A DNA stretch of 64,000 nt. Origin: Gammaproteobacteria bacterium. Lineage in GTDB: Bacteria; Pseudomonadota; Gammaproteobacteria; JBCCGL01. The number at the start of each line of letters is the position of its first letter. Position 1 is the first letter of the stretch. This document shows, piece after piece, positions 43,238 to 52,763 of this stretch. The stretch spans positions 3,968,001 through 4,032,000 of the forward strand of contig OZ255836.1 of the NCBI GenBank assembly GCA_965277715.1, in the 5' to 3' direction. The position numbers were made by a program, and so were the translations under genes. The notes beneath the pieces are model-generated. The model ran no database searches and was not told the DNA's origin. It saw only the letters and a list, made by a program, of their open reading frames with translations.

Positions 43238-43993
43238 GTGTTAAACGAAAAAGTAATTTTGGTTACCGGTGCCACCTCGGGTATCGGCGAGGCGAGCGCT
43301 TGCCTATTGGCTAAGCAGGGCGCCCGCGTGATGCTGTTTGGCCGCTCTCGCAAGCGCGCCGAAGCGGTGCTCACGCGTATCGTCGATGCGGGTGGGGAGG
43401 GCGCCATCGCCATTGGTGATGTCACTCAGTCCAGCGCCGCCGATGCGGCGGTTGCGCAAACTATCGAGACCTTTGGTCATATCAATGGCCTGGTCAACGC
43501 TGCCGGTATGATCTACCGTGGCAACGCCGACCAGACCAGCGATGAACAGTGGCGCGACAGCATAGCCACCAACGTCGACGGTTCGTTCTTTATGTCGCGT
43601 GCGGCTGTACGGGCCATGCGTGGGGGCGGTGCCATCGTCAATCTTGCCTCCACCTGCGGCCTGGTCGGCGTTGCTGGCTTAACGGCTTACTGCGTCACCA
43701 AGGGTGCTATCGTGCAGTTGACCCGTGCGATGGCACTGGATCACGCCGCTGACGGCATTCGCGTCAACGCCGTCTGCCCCGGCGCGGTAGATACTCCTAT
43801 GTTAGTGTCTGGCCACGAGCGCAGCGGCGCCGATAAGGCCCAAGTGTTTGCCGGGAATATCGCCAAAATCCCGCTGGGGCGCATTCCCGGCCCGGATGAA
43901 GTGGCGCAGTTGGTCGCCTTTTTATGCAGCGACCTCAGCGCGCATATCACCGGCACCAATATCCCCGTCGACGGTGGCTATACCGCGCAATGA
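43238..43993 (+). CDS. SDR oxidoreductase
   Basis: TGATSGIG, NAAG, YCVTK, RVNAVCPG. Confidence 0.92.
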   Translation: MLNEKVILVTGATSGIGEASACLLAKQGARVMLFGRSRKRAEAVLTRIVDAGGEGAIAIGDVTQSSAADAAVAQTIETFGHINGLVNAAGMIYRGNADQTSDEQWRDSIATNVDGSFFMSRAAVRAMRGGGAIVNLASTCGLVGVAGLTAYCVTKGAIVQLTRAMALDHAADGIRVNAVCPGAVDTPMLVSGHERSGADKAQVFAGNIAKIPLGRIPGPDEVAQLVAFLCSDLSAHITGTNIPVDGGYTAQ

Positions 43994-44790
43994 GCGAGCG
44001 ATTGGCAGAGCGGATTGCGGTTGTTACCGGCGGCTCGCAGGGGATTGGCCGGGGAATCACAGAACGCCTGTTACGCGCTGGCGCGGCGGTGGTGATAGCT
44101 GACCGCAGACCGCCTGATGATTTCGACGACTGGCGTTCGCAAAGTACTCAAAAACTGTCCTGGATCGAGACCGATGTCAGCTCATCGGCATCGGTTCAGG
44201 CGCTGGCGACGGCGCTGAACGATACCTACGGTCGGGTCGATGTATTGATTAACAACGCCGGTATTATGTTTGAGAAGTCGCTTGAGGAGCAAAGCGAAGC
44301 GGACTGGGATCGTATGATGGCGGTCAACCTCAAGGGGCCGATGCTGTTGTGTAAATACTTATTGCCGTTACTGCGGGATGGTGTGCAGCGGCATGGCAGT
44401 GCCGCTATTGTCAATATCGGTTCCATTGAAGGGTTTGCGGGTAACCCCCAGCACACAGCGTACTGTGCCTCCAAGGGTGGCGTGCACGGTTTGACGGTGG
44501 CTCTGGCTATCGACCTCGGGCCGGAAGGGATTCGCGTCAATGCGATTGCACCGGGTTGGATCGATACCGATTTGAACCGTGCCTATGTTGAATCGGTCGA
44601 TGATGTTGCGCTGGCCAAGCGCGAATTGGCCAAGCTGCACCCAGTGGGGCATATCGGTGAGACCGGCGATGTTGGTGATGTGGCAGTGTGGTTGGCCAGC
44701 GATGAATCGCGCTTTGTCAGTGGGCAGGTGATTACAGTGGATGGGGCGCGGACGGTCAAGCTGTCGCTGCCGGGGATATTCGCCCATTAG
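43990..44790 (+). CDS. SDR oxidoreductase
   Basis: TGGSQGIG, NNAG, YCASK, RVNAIAPG; ATGA overlap with upstream gene. Confidence 0.92.
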   Translation: MSERLAERIAVVTGGSQGIGRGITERLLRAGAAVVIADRRPPDDFDDWRSQSTQKLSWIETDVSSSASVQALATALNDTYGRVDVLINNAGIMFEKSLEEQSEADWDRMMAVNLKGPMLLCKYLLPLLRDGVQRHGSAAIVNIGSIEGFAGNPQHTAYCASKGGVHGLTVALAIDLGPEGIRVNAIAPGWIDTDLNRAYVESVDDVALAKRELAKLHPVGHIGETGDVGDVAVWLASDESRFVSGQVITVDGARTVKLSLPGIFAH

Positions 44791-45038
44791 AGAGTGTTGA
44801 AAGGTAACAATAAGGAATAGGACAGGCATTATATAGAGAAGGAAAAAGAATGGGACAGGCACTATATAGAAATATGCAAGCAGTACCCAGAATAGGCAAA
44901 CCTAAATTTTTTACCTATTTTGAGGGTATTCGGTGTAATGATCCAATGAACGCGATAAGACGCCAGCCCAGCCGTTGGGTCTTGAATAATTTTAATCGAT
45001 ACTCTCTGTAGTCGATTTATCCGGAAATAAAACGTATA

Positions 45039-45434
45039 TCAACCATCAGGCTTTACCCAGGATAAACCGTCAACATAGGAAAAGTGGTGATCATAAGAGT
45101 ACAGGTCAGCGCCACTTTCCATGGTATGGGCCGCGATCCAGATATCGTTAGTCGGTATAGGTTTGCCTTTTTTTCTTAGGGCAGATGCTATGCGACCAAA
45201 TCGATCAGCTGTAGTATAGCCAGTAGATAATAGTTCCACGAAAGGATTGTTAAGAAACTGTGCCAGCACGGTACGATTTTTATCAAACCGATTGCCATTT
45301 CGAAAACCAAACAGCAGTTCGCCTACTACAGCGGTAGACATAAAAATCTTTTCTGCTTGTTTCACTTGTGCTGCTAACGTCGGGTTGCCGCGCATAATCT
45401 CGGAGTACACATTGGTGTCTAGAAGAATTTTCAT
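45039..45434 (-). CDS. vapC: VapC PIN-domain toxin
   Basis: LLDTNV, VVGEL..G, PIPTNDIWIAA, YSYDHHF. Confidence 0.92.
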   Translation of the reverse strand: MKILLDTNVYSEIMRGNPTLAAQVKQAEKIFMSTAVVGELLFGFRNGNRFDKNRTVLAQFLNNPFVELLSTGYTTADRFGRIASALRKKGKPIPTNDIWIAAHTMESGADLYSYDHHFSYVDGLSWVKPDG

Positions 45435-45694
45435 CGCCACAGTTCATCGTCAACGGTATCCAAGTATTTAATATCACTATTGAATTGATCTGCTTCTTCA
45501 TCAGTCCATAGCCCTAAGAAGGGGGTCAATGAGTCACCTATAACGGGCTTCACGAAGACTTTAGGTTTAAGGCCGGTAGCCTGATGTAATAGCTTTAAGA
45601 CAGTTTTATTTAGTGAGGTATTCTCTGTTTCGGCGATATGCTGCAAACGCTGCTCAAGCTCCAGATCAAAACCTCTTAGTGTAAGTTGTTTCAT
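45431..45694 (-). CDS. Cognate antitoxin (RHH-like)
   Basis: MKQLTLRG...SLNKTV...GLWT..E; ATGA overlap with vapC. Confidence 0.8.
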   Translation of the reverse strand: MKQLTLRGFDLELEQRLQHIAETENTSLNKTVLKLLHQATGLKPKVFVKPVIGDSLTPFLGLWTDEEADQFNSDIKYLDTVDDELWR

Positions 45695-45711
45695 ATTAAT
45701 GATGCATCTAT

Positions 45712-45728
45712 TGACTCTATTTGAGTCA
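45712..45728. promoter_or_regulatory. Palindromic operator for TA autoregulation
   Basis: TGACTC-N5-GAGTCA just upstream of the antitoxin ATG. Confidence 0.55.
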
Positions 45729-45737
45729 GTATATGAT

Positions 45738-46130
45738 TCATTCAAAAAACTGCAAGTAAAAGAATAAGACAGGCATAAAAGAGGAGCTGAGGGTTTCCCC
45801 CGCTTGCATTTTTTGAACCAACAGGGAGCCTTTGTGCAGGCTTAACCAGCGGTTGATAACTTCCTGGCCAGTTAGTGTATCGATTTGTTTTGGGTTGAGT
45901 TTAACGGTGAGGTGGTAATGATTGCTCATGATGGCGTAGGCGCACAGGTCAACGGCAAAGAGCGATGAGAGCAGTCGGATGCGGTCGACAATCCACTGAC
46001 GACGGTGTTCATAGTCGCGTTGAGTCAGTAAATCCAGCCCGCAGAGAAAGGTGCGCCGTACACAGCGCGATACGATGTGGTAGTAGGGGGTGTCTGATAG
46101 TGAGATTTGGTCTTTGCGGGGGCGGGTCAT
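45738..46130 (-). pseudogene. Truncated REP-associated tyrosine transposase (RAYT, Y1 HUH)
   Basis: TPYYHIVSRCVRRTFLCG, AYAIMSNHYHL (HUH); homology breaks near 45790, so the C-terminal catalytic Tyr region appears lost. Confidence 0.82.
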
Positions 46131-46436
46131 GGTCAGTTCCTTTAACGCTGGTTGGACGCCATCCTAAAAGAGAGTAAGGTTATCTGTCAATTATTTCATG
46201 CCTGTCCCAGGAGTTTCCGTCTCTATGCACAAGTTTATTGTGCGGGATGCTGGTGGTTTAGGGGGATGAGGTGTCAGGAGTAAACGCTAATTAAGCCATC
46301 CTTCGCTCAATGCAGGTACACCAGGTGGCACATCCTTGCCGTTCACCAAGTCAAATAATTGTCACCATGCATTTTTATCAATGTGTCTCTTCTGTAAGCA
46401 GTTGATTTGTTTGTTTTATCGATAAATATCGGGAAT

Positions 46437-46452
46437 TGGCACATAACTCGCA
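46437..46452 (+). promoter_or_regulatory. Sigma54 -24/-12 promoter
   Basis: TGGCAC-ATAAC-TCGCA with GG-N10-GC spacing, about 40 bp before ATG 46491. Confidence 0.6.
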
Positions 46453-46490
46453 TTGTCAGTATCGAAACTAACACTTCGGAAGTGACGTCA

Positions 46491-47408
46491 ATGGCTATGA
46501 ATCTGTCGAATATTGCCACGGCAAAGCAGCGCAAAAAAACGTTTGATATTGTCTCTACAGACCGGGACTCGATCCAGCAGCAAGCCAGTAAAATTCGTGC
46601 CCTGCAGTTGAGTGAGAAGCTGTTTAAAACCTTGGATGTAAAGGTTTTGATCGATCTTTTTTTCGCTGAAATACAAACAGATATACCCCATGACAGCATT
46701 GGTTACTCAAATACCAAGTTGGGTATTTCGCTGTCATTGGGTAAGGTGTCCCGGCATCGAATGGAATATAACATTGTCTTAGCCGGGCAGGCACTAGGGG
46801 ATATTGTAGTCACCCGTGCGCGTTTATTTACCTCCAGAGAGGTAACACTGATGGAGAATTTGATGTGTAGCCTGGTGTATCCGCTACGCAATGCCAGCAT
46901 GTATCAATTGGCGATGATGTCGGCGTTTCAAGATCCGTTAACGGGGATTAACAACCGGACCTCGTTAGAAAAATCCCTGCCTCGTGAAGTCAATTTAGCT
47001 CAGCGCCATGGCACCCCTCTCACCTTACTGGTGGTTGATGTAGATCACTTCAAACATATTAATGATACGCATGGTCATCAGGTCGGTGATGCGGTGTTAC
47101 GTGATCTTACCAATGTTTTCTCAGAGAGCGTACGCACCACTGACCTGGTGTTTCGCTATGGGGGGGATGAGTTTGTGGTCGCCCTGAATAATACTGATAT
47201 TGCCGGTGCACGTGATGTGGCTGAGCGAATCCGCAGTGGTGTTGAGAAATGCCAGTTTAATGTAGGTAACGTGCGCCTGGTGTTGAGTACCAGCATAGGG
47301 ATGACAGAACTTAACGGCAGAGATACGCTGGAGAGTGCATTTCGCCGGGCGGATGAGGCACTGCTGCTGGCCAAGCGGGAAGGACGTAATCAGGTGGCCA
47401 AGGCATGA
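46491..47408 (+). CDS. Diguanylate cyclase
   Basis: DPLTG, DVDHFKHINDTHGHQVGD, RTTD I-site, RYGGDEF. Confidence 0.93.
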   Translation: MAMNLSNIATAKQRKKTFDIVSTDRDSIQQQASKIRALQLSEKLFKTLDVKVLIDLFFAEIQTDIPHDSIGYSNTKLGISLSLGKVSRHRMEYNIVLAGQALGDIVVTRARLFTSREVTLMENLMCSLVYPLRNASMYQLAMMSAFQDPLTGINNRTSLEKSLPREVNLAQRHGTPLTLLVVDVDHFKHINDTHGHQVGDAVLRDLTNVFSESVRTTDLVFRYGGDEFVVALNNTDIAGARDVAERIRSGVEKCQFNVGNVRLVLSTSIGMTELNGRDTLESAFRRADEALLLAKREGRNQVAKA

Positions 47409-47588
47409 ATTTAAACACTGCAACGGGTAGTGCGTGTCGGTACTAACATAGGTTATATCAATGAGGTATTTGATAATCGAATTTGTTTCTCCCTTCAGAA
47501 TATGCCCCTGGCGTTTACTGGCGGGTATTTTGAGCGGTAATAACTGCGATTTTTAGCTTTAGGTAGTTTCTTTGGTGGGTATCCCTCT

Positions 47589-47616
47589 TAGCGGCGGTAA
47601 CGCCGCTCTTTTTTTA
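47589..47616 (+). terminator. Rho-independent terminator
   Basis: agcggcg-gtaa-cgccgct followed by a T run. Confidence 0.8.
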
Positions 47617-47655
47617 CCTAAACTTATTTAGCTTACCATCAAGCTCAATCTTTGA

Positions 47656-47691
47656 TTGACAATAGCGCCGCCTTATCGTAGATTGCGCGCC
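47656..47691 (+). promoter_or_regulatory. Sigma70 stable-RNA promoter
   Basis: TTGACA-17bp-TAGATT plus GC-rich discriminator GCGCGCC. Confidence 0.8.
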
Positions 47692-47710
47692 TTAGATAAA
47701 ACCGGTCTCA

Positions 47711-47786
47711 GTCCCCTTCGTCTAGAGGCCTAGGACACCGCCCTTTCACGGCGGTAACAGGGGTTCGATTCCCCTAGGGGACGCCA
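47711..47786 (+). tRNA. tRNA-Glu(TTC)
   Basis: GTCCCCTTCGTCTAGAGGCCTAGGACACCGCCCTTTCACGGCGG...GGTTCGATT...GGGGACGCCA. Confidence 0.98.
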
Positions 47787-48238
47787 TTTGTTTTCCCGCC
47801 CAAATCTAACGGGTCAAACCCTGGGGCGGGAACATTCTGTTTTACACCAATGGCATTGATATACCTTCCTAATAAAGCCTATCTCAGGCGTTTACCCCAT
47901 TTGTTATTAATCTACTTTTTCGCGCTCTGTTGATACGTTGTTCGATGGCAGTATTTGGGTGTCAGTCTGGTTTTTGTATTGGGTTATGCAAAGTTACCTA
48001 AGTAATGCATAATTATGCAAGCTACGCATAAAAGTGCATAAATATGGATAATTGGCATTTTCCAAGCCCTGAGCTTGCCGGGCTAATCCTTCGTGTAAAA
48101 TGAATTCGTTGGGTGTTGCACTGGCTTGTTATAGAGCCACTATAGCGCGCCAGCGCGCCTTGTTCAGTGCCAACAGTGCAACGCGGAACCCGTCAATATA
48201 AGGTAGACGGTGTACTCGGTAACTTTTAGGTAAAAACA

Positions 48239-49273
48239 ATGTTTTCTTTTGAACAACTGAGACTACCCCTTATTCAAGCACCGATGGCCGGTGGCGTTAA
48301 TACCCCGGAAATGGTGGCGGGTGTCGCTAATCTCGGTGGCGTTGGCAGTTACGGTTTTGCTTATAGCCCGCCCGATAAAATCGCCACCGACCTACAGGCG
48401 GCACGGGAAAAGATTCACGCGCATAGCCAGGGTGTGATCAATGCTAACTTTTTTGTGTTTAGTGACGTTGAAATGCCTGAGCAGTCGTTACTTGAGTCGG
48501 CGTTAGAGAATCTTGCCACGGTATCTAACAGCGATGCCACCAGCATGCGGATACCGCAAGCCCCTTATTATCCTGATCTATGTAAACAACTTGAGCCAGT
48601 GTGGGAGGCGCGCCCGGAAATTATCACCTTTCATTTCGGCATTCCCGAACGGTCAATTGTACAGAAGGCCCACACACTGGGTATTGCTGTGGGTATCACA
48701 GCGACATGTGCCACGGAGGCTGAGCAGATTGAAGCCGCCGATGCTGATTTTATCGTTGCACAGGGTATCGATGCCGGTGGGCATCGTGGCATCTTCAGTG
48801 TCGATCAAGCGGATGAGGCCTTAGCGGTTTATCCATTGCTCAATGTACTGCGCAAGGCCAGTGCACTACCGCTGGTTGCGGCTGGAGGTATTATGAACCG
48901 GGATGATGTGCGTCAGGCACTGGATTTTGGTGCGAGTGCTGTGCAAATGGGCAGTGCTTTTTTGACCACGCACGAGAGTGGTGCCTCACCCGCACACAAG
49001 CGATATCTGCTAAGCCATGCTGATCGGGACGCCCGGATTACCTATGGGTTTTCCGGTCGGCCTGCGCGGGCTATTAACAATCAGTTTATTGAGCGTATGG
49101 CCGATAAGTACGTGTTGCCGTTTCCTTTGCAAAATACCCTGAGTGCTGCGATGCGCGCTGCGGCTGTTAAAAATGATGAGGGGGAATACCAATCAATGTG
49201 GGCGGGAACACATTTTAGCGAATGCCGGGAAGAAACGATTGAGATGTTGGTGGCAAGGGTTTTTCGGACTTAA
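48239..49273 (+). CDS. Nitronate monooxygenase family flavoprotein
   Basis: LIQAPMAGG, TFHFG, AQGIDAGGHRG, AAGGI, FSGRPAR. Confidence 0.9.
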   Translation: MFSFEQLRLPLIQAPMAGGVNTPEMVAGVANLGGVGSYGFAYSPPDKIATDLQAAREKIHAHSQGVINANFFVFSDVEMPEQSLLESALENLATVSNSDATSMRIPQAPYYPDLCKQLEPVWEARPEIITFHFGIPERSIVQKAHTLGIAVGITATCATEAEQIEAADADFIVAQGIDAGGHRGIFSVDQADEALAVYPLLNVLRKASALPLVAAGGIMNRDDVRQALDFGASAVQMGSAFLTTHESGASPAHKRYLLSHADRDARITYGFSGRPARAINNQFIERMADKYVLPFPLQNTLSAAMRAAAVKNDEGEYQSMWAGTHFSECREETIEMLVARVFRT

Positions 49274-50145
49274 AGCACTGAAACCGGTACACAAAAATCC
49301 AGATCAAATTGTTCGTTGTCGTCGAGAAATTGATTCTTTTGGTAGCGTGCGTAACCAGGGGTCGAGCCCAGGTTGTAGCCACTGCCTGGCAGCCACTGGT
49401 GGTAAAAAGTGTGGATCATAGGTAGCAGATCACCGAGCTGCCCGGTAACCCGCATTACAGCATAACTGCCGGCCGGAATTTTCAATAGGCCAATAGCCCC
49501 ATGTTTTAGGTTTGTTTGGTTTGTGGTGATACCGGCCACATAACGACACTCTGCCAATGGAATAATATCTGGATTAGAGTGGTGTAAGCCGATCATCTGC
49601 TCTGCCTGCCAGTCGATGCCGACTGTATATGCCCAGGCGCGCAAGTACTGCCAGGCGTTACAAATTGACCGGTCATACCCCAAGTGCCGCACATACGCTA
49701 TACGCTGTTCAGCGCACTGTTGGATGGCGATATCCGGTAGGGTGAGTGCGTCAACTTTTCCCATCCAGCCAGATTGCTGTTGCATCTGCACGCGATGCAT
49801 ATACGTCTGGTAACCCGATTTACGCCACTGCGAGGGAGCGCAACCGAAGTGTTTGGTAAACGCCTGTGAAAACGATGCAGGTGATTGAAAACCACAGTCC
49901 TGTGCAATCCTGATGACCGTTTTTCCCGTTTCAAACATTAAACGGTTGGCGGCGTGCTCCAATCGTGCACGGCGAATATAGTTGGCGACATTTGTGCCGG
50001 TTTGCTGTTTAAAGACACGGTGAAAATGGTGGGGTGAATAGTGTGCTTCTGCGGCGAGTTGCTGTGCGCTAAGCGGCGCGCCGATATCGCGGTGGATTCG
50101 GTAGATACAGTCGTTAATTCGATTCTGTTGCCAATGGGTTGTCAC
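49270..50145 (-). CDS. AraC regulator with GyrI-like effector domain
   Basis: YSPHHFHRVFK, RARLEHAA, CGFQSPASFS, HSNP..CRYVAG; start uncertain. Confidence 0.88.
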   Translation of the reverse strand: MTTHWQQNRINDCIYRIHRDIGAPLSAQQLAAEAHYSPHHFHRVFKQQTGTNVANYIRRARLEHAANRLMFETGKTVIRIAQDCGFQSPASFSQAFTKHFGCAPSQWRKSGYQTYMHRVQMQQQSGWMGKVDALTLPDIAIQQCAEQRIAYVRHLGYDRSICNAWQYLRAWAYTVGIDWQAEQMIGLHHSNPDIIPLAECRYVAGITTNQTNLKHGAIGLLKIPAGSYAVMRVTGQLGDLLPMIHTFYHQWLPGSGYNLGSTPGYARYQKNQFLDDNEQFDLDFCVPVSVL

Positions 50146-50241
50146 CGGCTTATTAGCGCACAAATGGACATGTTGTGCCACACAAAACCATGAGAAACCT
50201 GCTTGGGCGCCGGTATACATTACCTCCACAGAGGGGGGGAT

Positions 50242-51402
50242 ATGACAACATTGGCACAATGTACTGGTAGTCTCAAACCATCGTATATTCGGGAAATTTT
50301 ACACGCGGCATCCAGTCCTGGCGTGATTTCACTGGCGGGCGGTTTGCCTGCCAGCGATTTGTTTCCAATGGATTTATTGCATGAAGCCGCGCTTGCTGTG
50401 GTGGCTGACACCAACACTTTTCAGTATGGTTTAACTGAGGGTGAGGTGGCATTACGTGATTGGATCAGTTCCTTTCATGATTTGGCACACACAGAGTGTG
50501 TGTTGATAACTACCGGCTCTCAACAGGCGCTGGATTTGATTGCCCGTGCGTATCTGAATCCGGGTGACAAAGTGTTGGTTGAAAATCCCTGTTACCTGGG
50601 TGCCCTACAAATTTTTGCATTGGCCGGGGTCGAGTGTATTTCAGTAGACCAACAGGAAGATGGCCCTGATCTCGATCAGTTGGCTTCATCGATTCATCGG
50701 CAACAACCCAAAGTTTTTTACGCTGTACCGGATTTTCACAATCCGACAGGGGTGTCCTGGTCGTTGCAAAAACGACGGTGTGTGGCCTCTTTACTGAACG
50801 ATAGCGGTGTTACATTTATAGAGGATTCACCGTATCGGGCGCTGCGCTATTCGGGGGACGAGCTACCACAAGTCTGTGATTTGTTGGTAGGCGATCGCTT
50901 CCGTTTGGGGTCTTTTTCTAAAACCGTTGCGCCCGGTCTGCGGCTTGGGTATGTCTGTGGGGATAACGCACTTATCCGGGCGCTGACGTTGGTAAAGCAA
51001 GCCAGTGATTTGCACAGTACCCGGTTAACGCAATTGATGACAGTAAAGTTGCTGCAGAGTGACCAGTTTCCCTGTCATATGGTGAATTTACAGCACCATT
51101 ACAAACAGCGGCGTGATGTGTTGGCGGCTGCGCTGGAGGCTCAGCTTGGTCATGTTGCGCATTTTGTGTTACCGGAAGGTGGTATGTTTATTTGGTTGGA
51201 AATGCCGGGTATTGATACGGATGCGTTGGCCAATGCTGCATTGCAACATAAGGTGGCTGTGGTGCCCGCGTCTGCATTTTTACCACCGGGGGCAAAGAGT
51301 GGTGCGGCATTGCGTTTGAATTTTAGCCATTCAATGCCGGGGCTGTTAGATGAGGCGGTTAAACGTTTGTTGTGTGCTATCGTTATGACCAGGCATCAAT
51401 AA
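50242..51402 (+). CDS. Class I/II PLP aminotransferase (LysN/ARO8-like)
   Basis: SYIREIL, ISLAGGLP, TTGSQQALD, FHNPTG, SFSKTVAPGLRLG. Confidence 0.9.
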   Translation: MTTLAQCTGSLKPSYIREILHAASSPGVISLAGGLPASDLFPMDLLHEAALAVVADTNTFQYGLTEGEVALRDWISSFHDLAHTECVLITTGSQQALDLIARAYLNPGDKVLVENPCYLGALQIFALAGVECISVDQQEDGPDLDQLASSIHRQQPKVFYAVPDFHNPTGVSWSLQKRRCVASLLNDSGVTFIEDSPYRALRYSGDELPQVCDLLVGDRFRLGSFSKTVAPGLRLGYVCGDNALIRALTLVKQASDLHSTRLTQLMTVKLLQSDQFPCHMVNLQHHYKQRRDVLAAALEAQLGHVAHFVLPEGGMFIWLEMPGIDTDALANAALQHKVAVVPASAFLPPGAKSGAALRLNFSHSMPGLLDEAVKRLLCAIVMTRHQ

Positions 51403-51431
51403 GCTTTCGGCTTTTGATAAATGGATTCCAA

Positions 51432-52145
51432 TTAGGTCATCGCTGACATGAAATTCTGGTATAGCTTGCCGGAGTTACTGACAAAACCCTCCAGGTTGGT
51501 ATCGGTCTGTATTTTGATTTTCGCCAGTGATCCCTCGCCCAGTGTTGCCTCAAGCGCGTTAAAGTAGGCGGGAATGGCCGCCCAGTTATCGACGGTATCC
51601 GGCTCTATTTCAACGTGGTATTGCATTGACCAGGCGTGTTGACCGATGCGCATGGCCTGTATTGCGCACACGTCTGATTTTGCCAGAATTACAGCGTCAT
51701 CCGGTGCCTGGGCCACTGAAACGGAGTGCCATTGCAGGGCTTTTTGCTGGCTGGGCATATCTTTAAATATTGGGTCGGCAATCCCCTGTTCGGTTAATTG
51801 CACGTCGAGTACGCCTATTTCAGGCGGGCGTTGTGGGCCACAGGTGCCACCCAGTGCATCGGCTAACAATTGATGGCCAAGGCACAGGCCGAGGTACGGA
51901 CGCTTGAGTGTCTGCACCCAGTGGCGAATGGCGCGCTTTTCATTGATTAACCACGGGTGCTGTTCAACATCCCAGACATCCATCGGGCCGCCCATTACCC
52001 ATAGCGCATCGTAGTTTTCCAGTGTCGGTATTGGTTCACCGGCGTCCAGCTCGATAGCGTCCCAGCCGATGCCATCGCGTTGCAGGTAGTGGCGTAGCTG
52101 TCCAGGGTGTTCGCAATCGGCGTGCTGGAAGACCAATAGTTTCAT
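51432..52145 (-). CDS. Type 1 glutamine amidotransferase-like protein
   Basis: MGGPMD, GLCLGHQ, QYHVE. Confidence 0.9.
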   Translation of the reverse strand: MKLLVFQHADCEHPGQLRHYLQRDGIGWDAIELDAGEPIPTLENYDALWVMGGPMDVWDVEQHPWLINEKRAIRHWVQTLKRPYLGLCLGHQLLADALGGTCGPQRPPEIGVLDVQLTEQGIADPIFKDMPSQQKALQWHSVSVAQAPDDAVILAKSDVCAIQAMRIGQHAWSMQYHVEIEPDTVDNWAAIPAYFNALEATLGEGSLAKIKIQTDTNLEGFVSNSGKLYQNFMSAMT

Positions 52146-52201
52146 ACTTATCTATCCTGTATATGGAAGAGAGCGGGTGGTGAGCGCTAATGCCGTGTAA
52201 G

Positions 52202-52630
52202 TTATACCTGTTCGTCGCAGCTTTCAATAATGAACGATTCCAATGCGGTGGCAATTTGCTCCGGCGCCTCCAGTAACAGCGGGTGTTTAAGGCCGGGCAG
52301 TATTACCGAGCGCCCATTCTGAACGCGGCTGGCGATCAGTTGGCAGATGCGCGGCGTAGAGCCGATGTCACACTCGCCGGTAATTGCCAGTGTCGGTGTG
52401 GTGATTTGGTGTAATTCGTCTGCCAGGTCACTGTAGGCCAACATCTGATAGGCAGCGGTGTAGCTCTCTGGGTCATTTTGCAGGCTTTTGCGTCGTCGCC
52501 ATTCGATAATATCCGGGTTGGCCTGGTGAAATTCATCGGTAAACCAACAGTCTACGGCGTTTCCCAGGTGGTTGAGGGCGCCTGTGTTTTCGCGTTGCCT
52601 TTCGAGTTGTATGGCGTGTTCGGCAACCTG
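52202..52630 (-). pseudogene. C-terminal fragment of an alpha/beta hydrolase (PcaD-like)
   Basis: WFTDEF, PTLAITGECDIGSTP, LKHPLLLEAPE; N-terminal half with the nucleophile elbow absent. Confidence 0.65.
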
Positions 52631-52763
52631 TTTTTTTCCTCTTCTGTTCTTCCGGCAACTGATTGGGTCCGCAGAGAGGCAAAAGTTAATAATCAATGTT
52701 GAAACGGGGTGCTACCCTGTATCAGTGTAGTTACACTACTATATTTTTCTGGAGGCAAATTTA

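Noticed and set aside
46326-46339. Second sigma54 promoter TGGCACATCCTTGC
   Set aside because: GG-GC spacing is 9, not the required 10.
47409-47616. sRNA between the DGC and the tRNA
   Set aside because: Only hairpins and a terminator consistent with a 3' UTR; no recognizable family.
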